Assembly: GCA_964304625.1 (NCBI GenBank)
Contig: OZ199840.1
Span: 1,194,733-1,258,732 of the forward strand
Direction of reading: 5' to 3'
DNA: 64,000 bases
Origin: Kudoa neothunni
Taxonomy: Eukaryota; Animalia; Cnidaria
The notes under the pieces are model-generated. The model did no database searches. It was not told the DNA's origin and saw nothing but the letters and a program-made list of their open reading frames with translations. Below, in pieces: positions 1 through 12,745 of the stretch. Both the position numbers and the translations under genes were made by a program. The stretch's first letter is position 1, and the number at the start of each line of letters is the position of its first letter.

Positions 1-3000
1 TCACATATTATATTGTAAAGATAATGAAAAAATAATTTAAAAATAAGATGTTAAAGAGAAAATAATATTTGGCATAATATTGAAACTTTATTAAAATCCT
101 CATTTTCGTTCTTAAGTATTATATAAAAAAGAATTAAACTTCTATTTTTGTTTTTATAATCTACTAGCGTTAAATGCATAGGTTTGACTGGAAACGGAAA
201 TATTTTCGATTTAAAAATCTCTCAAAAATATTCAAAAAGTATACTTATAGTTCCCAAAATTCATAATAAGAGTTAAACTAAAAAATTTTTAAATTACAAT
301 ACTTCTAAAAATTGTGATTGGCCAAATAAACGTTAAAGCCATTTTGGGAAGATCACAAAAATACCTTCAAACTTGCGAATGAGATGTAAACAATATGAGA
401 GGAATAAAACATGAAGGTGTATGATTGAAATACTAGTTATACACATTTTTTAAGATAAAATAATGAATCATGATATACAATATTAAATATGAAATAATGA
501 AAAAATTTGTATTTTATGAACCCCAGAAGCTCATTGTTGTCCATTTTTATACTAATAATATCAATAGAATAATAATTATAAGAAGTCAGAAAAATAATAT
601 GGCCCATACCGTTTATTTCAATAACAATCGTATTATAAAGGTGATATATTTAAAAATAAATTTAACCTAATAAATAAGCAAAAATAGATTGCAAACTATC
701 GTAAATATTATCAAAATAATCACCGAAAATTTATAATGAAAACGTTAATAGTTTAACCCCTTTCATCAGACAATGATTATTAATTCCAATTATATCTTGA
801 AATAAAACCTCTAAGCTTATTATATTTGATTCTAATGTTGAATAGAATACGATCCTATACAACATTCAATTTAGATTAACTGATGTTGGGTTCGTGAAGA
901 TTAAAAAGCTTTGAATGAGGTTTGAGTATTGCTTTTTTTGGCCTTAAAACATTCTGAAATTGCGAACTGTCTTATTTTTAAGACTATTTTTATTGAAAAA
1001 CAATTTTATCCCAATATTTTACATAATTAATACTCATCAGCAACCCTCAATTTACTCTCATGGATTAAATAGCTAATTTTTGTAGTCAAACAATTTTCTT
1101 TTATTTTGAAATAAATAAATAAATATGTTTCTCTATAAGCATAAATTAGATTAAGAAATTTATTAATATTATAGTTTGAATGCATCAAAAACGTTTTAAC
1201 TATTAATTTTCATGATCTAATTGTATGGGATTTCTTGTTTATAATTATATTACTAGTTTACAACTATTTTATAACGCACATCAATATTATGATAAATTTG
1301 TTCGAATAACCTTCCATTCAATTTATATCATGAAATTCCCAGTATTAATTAAAATGAGACTTTATAATTTTTTATATTTCAATTATTTATTTGATGATTA
1401 TTTGCCAACTAATATATTAAGTTCTATCACTATCACATTTAAAGTTAAAATTTCAGATTAAACCATAAATTTTAGGCCGTAAAGTTCCTCTGATAAATCA
1501 ATACAAGTATTGTTCAGACGCAAGAATTAGTGTAGAAGAATATACTCACGCTACAAAATATATTAATTCCATATATAAAATATAGAATATACTAATTTCA
1601 TCCTTTTCCCATGCTAAATCGTAATAATTATATCAACGTACGCGCGAAACAATAGCGATTAAAAAAATTTCATAGATGGAAAAATATATTTTTTTCTATT
1701 CTGGGGTTACAAATAATATAAATTATACTTAAACATATATTGATATCATTAATTAACTATCCAACTGTGATAACTAAACTTTATTAAATTTAATTACAGT
1801 AGATCACATTATCCATTCTAATAAACACAAATTCCTTTTATTCTATCTATTTATAGGGAATGATTCTGTCATCTGAAAATTAAACGTTTTCAATGACCTT
1901 TTGGGAATTTATTTCCAATAAATTAGGATCAGTTTCAAAATAAAGACCAATAACCCAATGTGTGTTGTTCAAATCATCTTATAAGACATAATTTAAAGAA
2001 TTCCACATAATTAGATGTAGAATTGGTATTAATTATGGATAAAATTTTAATAAAAATGGCTTATAGATATTTTTAAATCGTCTTTATCATACTTAGCAGA
2101 TTATATTATACATTTATAAAATTCAGTTTATATATTTTTTAGGAAATGAGAAATAGAGAAAAGAGACAATTGTGTACACATGTCAATTTCCTACTTATCA
2201 TGAAAGTTGGCATGTAGGCTTATATTCGAATTTTTTTATTCAATATATAATTTAAAATATTGAAAATTCAAAACTAAATATTGTTGTCTTAGTGTTTATT
2301 TATTTAAAAATGAATAGTTTACAGTTATAATTTTTGGGAGCGAGATCAAATATAAAAATTCACCATCTTTCTTACAATTGAAGCTCATGATATATTTTTA
2401 AAGAACAAAATATTTTAACAATGCGTACTTTTATATATTAAGGTGGTAAAATACATTTTATCTGTTCTACTAAAAAATACTTTTATTTTAATTAATTAAA
2501 AAATTAAACATGATTATTTTGTAGTATTAAAAAATTCGTAGCTCTTGGAAAACTGCAAAAATAGTCTTCTAAATTATAATAATATTAAATACATTCGATT
2601 ATTTTATTTGTATAATACTAACTGTTTACAATAAAAATCCACACCTCAACGACTACAGTAACTTTTGAATATGTGAGATAATTCAGTTATACTTAACTGA
2701 ACGATAATATTGAATTGGTTAATAAATTAAATTCACAACAAATAAAAATAACGCCTTCAAAGCAATATCAATTGTAAAGTGTTTTACATAGTAGCTATCA
2801 TCTCCAGCAATGGCAGGTATTATTGTGTTGAAAATGTGTTGAAGCTTGTTGGGAATTAAATTTGATAATAGAAAATCTACAGCTTTACTTGCTACATTCG
2901 AGTCTGTCTCTATGGGGTTTAGTTTATCTACTATAGTTACAGATGATAATAAATAAAATTGTCAAAATAAAAATTTTTATGAATATTAGGGAACAAAATA

Positions 3001-3210
3001 AAGCTGACAAGAAGAATTATATCTATGGAGACAACTATTACATGGTCTCATGATAATTAGAATAACGTTGCATTGCTTATGACCACCACAAAAAACAATA
3101 ATACGCAACAAATCATGCTAATGAAAACATACAGTATGAATATGAAGCAAAAGCAGGCCAAATTTGGCAGTCAGCCAATATATTATTCAACCCAATTGTA
3201 ACTACTATTG
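1..3210 (+). pseudogene. Decayed 5' exons of a multi-exon gene with C2-domain-like segments
   Basis: Exon-like blocks translate to IVIGQINVKAILGRSQKYLQTCE*DV (311-388), DVGFVKIKKL*M (~882-917), KTNNPMCVVQII (~1943-1978), KETIVYTCQFPTYHES (~2160-2207) and ENLQLYLLHSSLSLWGNKIKLTRRIISM. These resemble C2 strands. They carry in-frame stops (380, 912, 1881, 2154, 3058) and damaged splice sites. The C2 call is by eye only. Confidence 0.4.
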
Positions 3211-3242
3211 ATGTATGAGTATTAATATGCAAATAATTACAG

Positions 3243-4571
3243 AAATCAACCGTCCCTACTCATCAACAATAACATCAACAATAAATGCAGTGGAATATCC
3301 ACGTCCAACTTTGATGAGTCAGGGAAAAGTAAAAAATCACCCTCTAATTAATAAAATAATGGTTAACTGATGAAATAAATGTAGATAATAAAAATAAAAA
3401 GTTGTTGAAATCAGCTACAAGTTGTTTTGATGAATATTTGGATAAGTATCAATTCAAACAGAAACGTTTAGAATTGGTAGGACTGGTAAGAGAAACTCTA
3501 TTGATTACGCGAGAAAATCAAGTTTCCTTTATATATACCGAGATATACTTTTAAATGCTAGCTTTATAACTAATAATACTATTGCTTTAGATTGGTTACA
3601 AAAACAATTATTTTCTTCACAGTTTATCATATATGTGCAGTTTTACACTATCACCAATGAGCAGTTTAAACTATTGCACAACTGTTACGATGGCTGCAAT
3701 TGAAAACTACATTTTTCCCCACAAAAATCTCCCTCTTAATGATGACAGCGATCGTTCTACTAGAGCAATTTCTGTTGGAGCAATAGCTGATAGAACAAAG
3801 TTTAATCACATCAACAAGGAGTTAGAATTCAATAATTATTGTAGTATTCGAAACAATCATCAACAATTGACGTCCATTAACACGTCGAATAATAATCAAT
3901 CTCACCCAAATAGAAATCATCCTTCTACATTAAACTATACAAATAATTGCTCCACAATTTCACTCACTAAAGACTATTCATCCAATAAAAATATTTATGA
4001 TGGAGATGGTCAGGAGTTGAATAGCTATTGTGATGATGTGCGATCTCTTATGTCATCCAGATTATCTCTATTCCAAAGTAAAAATTTAATTGGAGCCACA
4101 CATTTAAAATTGAATCATTCACAGCATTCTGTCAATTTTTTTGTTTTGTAGGGACAGAAACCACAAGCATATCTACAATGAGAAGTTTTCCATCTAAATT
4201 TTCAACTAAAAAAGGTATCCTTAAAAGAATTAATTATTATTTATATTTTATTGAATGTAGAGAATCAATTCCTCACGTATAGATGCACAACTAGCAACAG
4301 CGAAATTTACAGCAGCGATGATAGCTCTAACACAGCTAGTGCTAGTGCAGCCAATGAAAAGCGATTAAAAGCCCATATGATAAACAAACAAAATAATAAT
4401 ATTGTTATATCAGCGTTAACGCGTCAATGTCCAAGTATTTTATTTTTTGGGATTATCTTTCAAATTCTGTATTAATAAATTATAGACCTAGATCTGAATA
4501 ACCATCTCTTTCATACCACCTACAAATCAAGATCTCAACAGGGGAAATCTTATGAAATCGATAGTATATAA
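3243..4571 (+). CDS. Intact 3' exons of an uncharacterised Ser/Asn-rich protein
   Basis: Six exons (3243-3328, 3385-3485, 3591-4077, 4152-4215, 4261-4434, 4486-4571) join in frame through GT-AG introns with no stops and end ...YEIDSI* TAA. They include ORF-track entries 3633-4151 and 4251-4475. Confidence 0.6.
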
Positions 4572-5121
4572 CTTGAATTATTGTTTTCTTTTTATCCATC
4601 ACTTTGTAATGTTATGTTTAGACTTGATGCTCCAGTATATCAAAAAAATGCATGCACGCCTTATTTTGTATGGTTGAGCAGTGTGCAAATTTAGTGGTTA
4701 GTCAATGTCACCTTATTCATTATTTCTAATCTCTATACGATATTTTATTATCAGATATATTCTAAATAATCTGTTTAAAATGAGATTCATGTGTTTCTTA
4801 AATATCAATGCTAAATGCGAATATCAGATTCAATGTAAAAATTAAAACGATGAATTATCTTATTTAAAAACATATACAAGAATATTTTTAAATACAAATT
4901 TAATTGTAAAAATCGGCTAGAGGTAATAAACTGACGAAAGAATAATATTTATCACATAAAAATTCAATAATTATTAACGTCAATTTTATCATCTCTTTTG
5001 ATTGAAAAATCAAATTTAATAAAGTAATTCATGTATTTCGTATTAAATAAAATTACGATTATTTATTATAGGTCCATTATACACCATCAGAATTAAATAG
5101 AATAGAGTCTCTATAGATTTA

Positions 5122-5585
5122 CATGCAATATAATATTTTTATAAGCCGTGGACAGATAGTACATCGGTGTGACACTCGGACTCAGAACCTCGAGGTAATG
5201 GGTTCGAATCTGCCGGTGAGTCTCTATCCCATATTTGGGAGCTGTGGTAAACATGTACGCTCGCTGTGAAGTGGGATGGGCGTGAATAGGAGCTTGAACC
5301 TCCGGGACCCATCGAAACATCGAAAGGCAAAAGTGATTTGCAGCTCCCACAGAGCCAACGTCAACGTTCTTAAAGGGATAGGATAGGGTTTGGGGTGGTG
5401 GTCGCCCTGAGACGAGGATGTTTAGTGGGTTAAAGTCCCACACTACCACATAAAGATAAGCGACGGGGTTTCATGCTACGTCCTGCTGTGCCTAAAGCGT
5501 TAATGGAAGAGGTCTGACCAACCAGAATTCCACAACCTAATAAGTTGCGCCAGGGGTTTTACCTTGTAAACAAAAAAACAAACGA
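5122..5585 (+). mobile_element. tRNA-derived SINE, copy 1
   Basis: GC-rich island with a tRNA-like head and B box GGTTCGAATC (5201-5210), an A-rich tail, and a 10-bp direct repeat TATAGATTTA at 5112-5121 and 5586-5595 (target-site duplication). A diverged second copy lies at ~39453-40876. Confidence 0.75.
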
Positions 5586-6754
5586 TATAGATTTAAGAAA
5601 ATTATAGTACTCAATTATTTTTATTATATCTTGATTAGTTATTTGAGAACTCGCAATGCTTTTGATGATGTATCCATCAGATTAAAGGGGTTAAAATCAA
5701 AAAATGAGTCACGCAATAGCGAGACCGAGACACATGGTTTTTCCTAATTATCTTTGTATCCGCTTGTTCAAAATATTTTTTTGTATAACTATCCATTGAA
5801 ACTTACTTAATATTATTTTTATGTTTTATTAAGTGAATTAAAGCACTTAATGATAATAAAGTTAAATTACGCAGTATCGAATCACAACTGTATTTTATTT
5901 AATTGATGTCTCTTTGAGAAATAAATTATTATGATATACTAAATTGATAACTACGTTAAAGTTGAAATTTTTGTCATTGTATATTTTCATTTTCCCATAA
6001 TAATTTGAAATTGAAAAGAAAAATTAGTTATTAGGAAACAGCATCTAAATCTAAATTGGATAGAGGCTATTCGCACGGTAAAATTTAATCCTAAACGACA
6101 TGTACGTTTGTTCGCTGGAAATTATTAATCTCAGTAATATTTACTTACAAACTATCCACAGACTTAATTTCTTAGAATCGACCATTATTTAATTGTTCCT
6201 AGCCCTCCGCTTCACTCTTGTGGTCAGAAATAATTAAATATAGTCAAAACTGGTATCAACTAAATATTATTTACCATGTTAGTAGCAACTTTATATTGAT
6301 TCATTAGATTACGATTGAATTTCCTCACCTGCCAACAGACAATCCGACAATCCGACAATTTAGATTAAACGGATCCGTTGTAATATCTACTGTCATTTGG
6401 TACACAGAATGAATTCTTTATTTTATTTTAACATATCTTTTGTGAAATGTGTGCCAAATATTGATAATAATGCAAAAAAATATATTTTTGATTAAAAATA
6501 TTTATTTGCTCATTCATAAGGAAGGATGTAAAAATATCTATAATTAACGCATGTTTTGCAAGATGAAATAAATCAAGACACATCATAATGGCGAAATATT
6601 GACAAAAAATCTACTCTAATGCGATGACAAAAATTGAAAAGCCTTAAAAAAAATATTTCAAAGACAGAAAAATTAAATATAGCCAACGTTTAATAGATTT
6701 TCTAACACTCTTACAAAATCAAACATGGAGATATTGTGCAATATCCAATCATTC

Positions 6755-7600
6755 CTACATTCTAAAAACCAGCACAATAGTCAACAACACTGCATATATG
6801 AAAAATGCTGGCCCGTAGGTTTTAACAACAGCACTTTTGCTAAACACAAAAATATTAATTATATCATCAAAAATTATATTCAAATATGTGTCTAAGATAC
6901 CTCACATAATTACAATGACGAAAAAAATGTAAAAGCAGTGAAAATTGATTGTAACGCATTACACGATTGTACTCCATCAAAGAAAGTGCCATCGCAACAT
7001 GATTATGACAATTATTTGTAATTAGACAATGCTTCATTAATAATAAATAATTCCAAGAAAAAATCAACACATGGATACCATTTGTTTTCGAAAACATTGA
7101 TTAGTAAAACTGACTGCTTCATCAAAAGTATATTTGGGGCTGAAAACTTTTGATGGATCCAACTGCAAGTATCTGCAACAATTATTTGATTAGTTCGAAA
7201 AGAAATTAATTTGTTTGAAAGAAACTCACTTTATTGGGGACCCAAATAGAAAAGAATTTTCCTAAATAAATAATTAAACTAAGAAATATTTTGTGATGTT
7301 AATGGCGAATAGAATATTTTCCCGTAATTACACCAACTATATATGGTCCTGCAAAATCGTAAATTATCCCAGTTGACATGGCTATTCCGATGTGTCCGAT
7401 AAATGGAAACAACCAACTTGATTAACAATCAATTATTAATCAAGATTGATGACCAACCTTAAAATTGGTATGGTATTCCACACTATACAGTAAGGAAACA
7501 ATTTTTGCTCTGGTCTAACACGTCTGTCTATATTAGCTGAGGAATTGGATCTTTCTAGAGGTACAACAACATCGCTGGAATGTTGCTGCTCAAAATCCAT
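6755..7600 (-). CDS. TMEM222: Transmembrane protein 222 (DUF778/RTE1-like)
   Basis: Six exons with GT-AG introns. Motifs [52 protein letters not shown] and [16 protein letters not shown] are typical of the family. Confidence 0.92.
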
Positions 7601-7625
7601 CACACAGCTCGAAAATTTTATAAAT

Positions 7626-7650
7626 TTTGATGGGTCACGTGACCATTTGT
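7626..7650. promoter_or_regulatory. Palindromic E-box (GGTCACGTGACC) upstream of TMEM222
   Basis: Perfect 12-bp palindrome about 35 nt upstream of the ATG that matches the USF/MiT-TFE (CLEAR-type) core. Function is inferred only. Confidence 0.35.
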
Positions 7651-7979
7651 AAATAAATAGTGTCTATTGGCCCGAACAAATTGTTTTTACCTATTTAAGG
7701 TATTATTTTTAAATTTTAATAGGCCAGAAAATCATTACAATGGATTATGTATTAATGGAAAAAAAAATAAAAGACGATGGTTTTTAGGAACCTGTGATAT
7801 AAGGCACTACTAAAGAAAAACCAAACCTCATCATTCTTGCAATTTAATGCAGTAAATACTCTATTCTCTTTATAAACTTGTTTTAAAATTTAAATTAAAT
7901 GTTTTTGTGATTTTTTATTACTGGGAAATGTATTTGCTTCACGTATTATGCAATAATAATTTTCTGGTATGATGTATTC

Positions 7980-9165
7980 GTGTTATATTAATTGAAAAAA
8001 TGAATTCAATTATTTAATCATGTCATTTGGTGTTTTAAATATTTTTGAATTGATTTGACTCATATATGTGATTGTTGTTAACCCAAAACTCCAAATGACG
8101 TCAAACGCCGACATTGATGTTTTTGATATCGGTGTAAAATCACTCAATTTAAGTATATGCTGTAAATATGATTTTCTTTTTGAAAATGAATCCAATTTAT
8201 TGATTTATACCTTATTTATTGCCACCTAATCATGACACTTAGCATACTCCCTTATATTGACTTTGTATACAAACTGAATTTGGACAATATTAGTAGAAAT
8301 TTAATGTTCTCTATTAAAATTTGATTATCCACTACAACAATTTTATTCATATTTGAAATATTATTTTCAACATTTAAATATGTAATTTTTTATTGGTGAT
8401 TTTATTCAAAAAATGTTGGACTTGGACTTTTTTCACCAAGCCATGCATCACACAGATGTTCCCATCCCATGAATTCTACTACATGACTATGACTATATTG
8501 AATTTTGAAAAAATCAGCTCTTGAACTCATTTTTATTTTCCAATATCTCTATATATCTTCCTTTTGTATTAAAATTTTTTAAAAAGTCCAGGATTTTTGT
8601 GTGTGATTTAAAAGAGTACTTCATATTAGACAGTTTTTTCAACGAAACAAACTTTCCCTTTTATTGTCATATTTTTTGTTGGATTATTTTGGAATTTCCG
8701 TTAACTTGAACCAACTGAGCGATAAGGTCACTTTCATCCTTTGATATTTTATTTCTAAGGTGAAAAAATTGTGATGAAAAGTTCATAGAATCATGGTTAT
8801 GAGATAAGTCAAGGGATTTTAACACGAGTTTTTTTCCATCAGCAGTGACTGAAAATTTTAGAAACATTGAACATGCTTTGTAGTAAGAATTCGAATTTTA
8901 ATGCATATACAAAATTTTATTAAACATTTAAAGAAATTACGTTTTTTCCGCCATGAACACAACAATATTTTATATGATAATGCTTAAGTATCGGATTTAA
9001 TGTTTTATCACATCGCTTTTGGGCTGTTTCGATGGTTTTAGAATCATATATGGATAAACTGCTCGTGAATTTTTGCTCGTATTCTTCTATTTTCAGCTTT
9101 AGTTCATCAAAACTGTTAAAAGTATTTCCAATTTGGAAAATCATATTAAGTTTAGTCAAGCTCAT
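7980..9165 (-). mobile_element. Decayed MULE/ZSWIM3-like transposase remnant
   Basis: Fragmented ORFs IGNTFNSFDELKLKIEEYE...YHIKYCCVHGGK and CSMFLKFSVTADGKKLVLKSLDLSHNH give the C-C-H-H FAR1/ZSWIM3 N-terminal-type signature, broken by stops and frameshifts. Confidence 0.7.
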
Positions 9166-9775
9166 TTCGTAAACACGCGCGTAGGATTAAAACCAAAATT
9201 TTTCCTTTATTATAACCAAATATCTTGAAATATAACAACTCCATTTTTTATGTTTTTGGTGGTCTTGTGAAAAATCATACATTTTATAATAATAATTCTG
9301 TATTACAACATTAAGGGATGAATACAATAAAATCAACTTACGTTACAATAAAATTAAAACTATTACAATTTAAAATTTTAATTAGATAATTACAACTAAA
9401 AATGTTCATTTAAATAAATAAGTAACTAATAAACTAAATAAAATGAGTTTTTACGGCCATTTATTTAGTCCAAACCTTATTACATTATACAAAATTTTGT
9501 TGTCCGATATGCCTCAAAAATAAAATTAAGTGAACAATTACAAGTTGTTTTGTATCAGATAACATAGATTTACTATAATAAAAAGCTCGATAATTAAAGA
9601 AAACAATTTGTTCTGGCTAATAGACTCTACCAAAATTAAAATTGATCTTAAATAATAGCAATTAATCATTCCATTTATATCAAATATCATCGTATAAAAT
9701 CAAATAATCTAATGAATCCATTCAGAATATCAATGTCTAAGTATTTAATCCTTCGTTCATTTACAAGGTGGAAAC

Positions 9776-11652
9776 ATGTTGTGGTTGATAGGACTATTTT
9801 CTGGTAAATTATAAAAAATGTAATTTATTTAATAACTTTTACAGTTATTGGAAAACTGTCGACTTGCAGCAGATATATGGATGATTCTTTCACGAATGAC
9901 CACGGCCTTACTGTGCAGGACAGCTACGATTTTGATACGATGCATAAAATAAAATGTACATATAATACGAACGCACCCTTCGATGAAACTAAATATGTGA
10001 GGGAAAACTACAATCTTAATAAAACTGAATATGAACACTGCGATGCAAATCAATTAAAAGACAAGACTTTGAAGTCATTGAACGAGCCCACAAAACTCTT
10101 TGGACGTCGATATGGAACGATTACAACAATGACAAAATGTTTTCAATTTTTGAAAGATACTAAATCTATAACTAAAAATATTCCAGTTATCAAAAATGCT
10201 TTGGAAAAATTTTATACTCAACTTGACCAACTATTAACTGATGTGAAATCATTGAAGAGTGAGCTAGATAAATTAACAAAGAAAAACGACGAGATGAGAG
10301 AAATTCTAAATGATGCAGTTGTCGCACAGGAAAGAAAATTAAAGTTTGAAAATGATATAAAAATATTATTCCATTATATCAGTGAATCTAAGGATGTATG
10401 TAGAGATAATGATCCATCTAATGATGAAGAACAGTACAAAAATATTATCAGCACTTTTAGCATAAAAACCCGTTTGGATGATTACAAAACAAATGCCATT
10501 GCAGAAGTTGAGAAAATAAAAGTTGCCTGTCAAAATGCTAAAAATATTCCTCCTTATTCTGGAGTTGTATCCGCTACATTTAAAACATACGACGATATAA
10601 TAAAAGATATCAGTTGGGCGAGTGGAGAGCTTAAAAATTACGACGATGAATTATTAGAAAAAGCCGAAAGTTATTCAGACCTGATTATACAAATTCGAGA
10701 TATCCCTCTGAATTTTGATAAAAAACAAAAGCGACTAAATACTCAAGTGTCCACTCTATTTATAAATTTTAAAAAAGTTGAAGAGAGTGTTAAAAATATA
10801 AAAGACCTGAAAATAAATATAACCAGCAGAATAAATCAATTCTCTGCATCAACTCGTGAGGTAATAAATACTGATATCGCCCTGCTAACTGTTCATCTCA
10901 ACCAGCATGAGACTTTAAAAAAAGAACTGAATGTTTTCAACGAGTTAGTCAAACATTCTGAAATCAAAATCGGAAATCTCAAATCAACACATGTGAACCA
11001 TCTCAACAACGCCAACATCGACAAAAAAAATATCGAATTAACAAGGTTGGTGATTAGTTGTATATATTTGAAATTTATAAACTACAAATCATACAACTGT
11101 GATGAAAGATCAATAGCAGAATTCAGCGAAAACCCACGGGAATACACCCAATCCATTAATTACGGGAGTGTTACGAATTACGTGGATTCTGTCAACAAAT
11201 TATTAACAGAAATTGACGATATTAACCAAAAAGGTGATAGGCTTGGGGACAAGATACATGCATATTCAAATCACATGGATTCATACAGTAAAAAAATAAA
11301 TCAACACCTTAATCCCAATAAATCAGGTTCCAGTTCGGATATTAAACCTACTCAGCCAAAAGGAAAAGTAGAAACGAATTCTAATACACCTATGCCTCCA
11401 AAAAAAGTCAACAAAAAGGACAATGAAAATACGAAACCTGGAAATATGATCTCAAAAAAAGATAAAGCCCCAAATAATGTAACACAATCTGAAAATAGTG
11501 TCAACGGTCGGTTAAAACTGACTCTGGTATCAACTGGTGGTGTTATCTTTGCAATCGTTTTGGTTATTGTTGGTGTTTTCATAGTTCAACGAATACGACA
11601 AAAGAAATTAAAAGTACATAATTTAACACTTTTAAATCAGAAATCCTTTTAA
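9776..11652 (+). CDS. Orphan type I membrane protein with coiled-coil ectodomain
   Basis: Exon 9776-9803, a 41-nt GT-AG intron, then exon 9845-11652. It encodes a hydrophobic N-terminus MLWLIGLFSVIG, a helical K/E/N-rich body, a K/P/N/S-rich stalk, the TM segment GGVIFAIVLVIVGVFIV and basic stop-transfer QRIRQKK. Confidence 0.8.
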
Positions 11653-11761
11653 AATTTTGATTAGTGTTGTATGTTTTGATTCTATGATTGCTTGATTTCT
11701 TCTTCATTACCATATTCTTAAATTTAATATTTTATATTTAAAAATTAATAAATACTTCTTA

Positions 11762-12745
11762 GGCCATTCTTTACATAAAGGGGATTGTAGTCGGAAAATG
11801 TCTGATAAAATCGTGCAATAACAACACAATAAATTAAATTCAATAATTCTTTATTATTTCTTTATAGAAAGTTCTAAATTTAAATTTTTATATTTTTTTG
11901 TTATAAATAACCCGATATGAAGTCATACAATGATTCTTCATTTTAATTAGCAATGTTCCGGTACCCTCTTTTAAAGCCTCCCTACCCAGTAATGATTATA
12001 TTTGTATGTACACCAATACCAAAAACAAGCGAATATTTGTGACAAAATCATACATTATTCAGACGATTGTAGCTTCATTTTTATCTGCCGGTATAATAGA
12101 ATTCTTTTCCACATTATTAAGAACAATTTTCCCATGGTCAGAATTGCCTCTTCACTTGGGATTTTAGAAAGAACATTCATCTTACACGTCGACTCCACCA
12201 ACAATTCAACAGATTTCCCTTTGTCCCCCCTAATTTCATCGATCTGGACAATGGAATTCTGACCTTTTTTTTTCATTTATCCGTAATCTTCAACGTAACA
12301 ATACTTCTCAACAATTTGGTTCAATAACTTATAGATTTTGAAGAGAGAATTCCTGCATGCTTTTGTGTTTCATCACAGGTAACTTTTGTAAGGTGAATTT
12401 TTACGTGAAAAATACGAATATTTCCCAATTTTTCAGTATGGAATGCTGAAAAATTGAGTCAACTCGTAAATTTTGCTTTTTAAACAATAAATATATCGGA
12501 AGAAATATATCTTGACTAACATTTCTTATAAGATGCATCATCGCCCAAGATATTCATTTTTTCTCTGAAATCAGACAAATACTCTGCAAAATTTTGATAG
12601 TATAAGTCGCACCTATGCAAAAAATGCATAATCCATCATATTGATGGAATGATTATTTTTAAAATCAAAGTTTCTCCCAACGCGTTCCGTTTCCCGAATC
12701 TGCGAGGAAGTTTCCGACTACAGTCCTGTTATGTAAAGGATAACC
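11762..12745 (-). mobile_element. Merlin (IS1595-like) DNA transposon remnant
   Basis: Terminal inverted repeats GGCCATTCTTTACATAAAGGGGATTGTAGTCGGAAA and (reverse complement) GGTTATCCTTTACATAACAGGACTGTAGTCGGAAA. The internal GQNSIVQIDE matches the Merlin/IS1595 VxIDE motif. No clear TSD. Confidence 0.75.

Noticed and set aside
300-3060. Stop-codon reassignment (TGA=Trp, TAR=Gln)
   Set aside because: Intact conserved genes in the window use TGG for Trp, have no in-frame stops, and terminate with TAA, TAG and TGA.
4216-4260. U12-type intron (donor GTATCCTT; also GTATCC in TMEM222)
   Set aside because: No TCCTTAAC-like branch site near the acceptor. The donor match alone is insufficient.
5145-5220. 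Functional tRNA gene
   Set aside because: No acceptor stem and no Pol III terminator. It continues into a repeated body flanked by a TSD, so it is a SINE head.
5260-5330. Hammerhead ribozyme within the SINE (stem followed by GAAAC)
   Set aside because: The required CUGANGA is missing directly before the stem.
5111-5449. ORFs on the minus strand of the GC-rich island
   Set aside because: Incidental open frames antisense to the SINE.
752-5694. TTAACCCCTTT ... AAAGGGGTTAA as ends of one piggyBac carrying gene exons
   Set aside because: Only 11 nt match including TTAA, and exon-like sequence continues across the left end. More likely chance or separate remnants.
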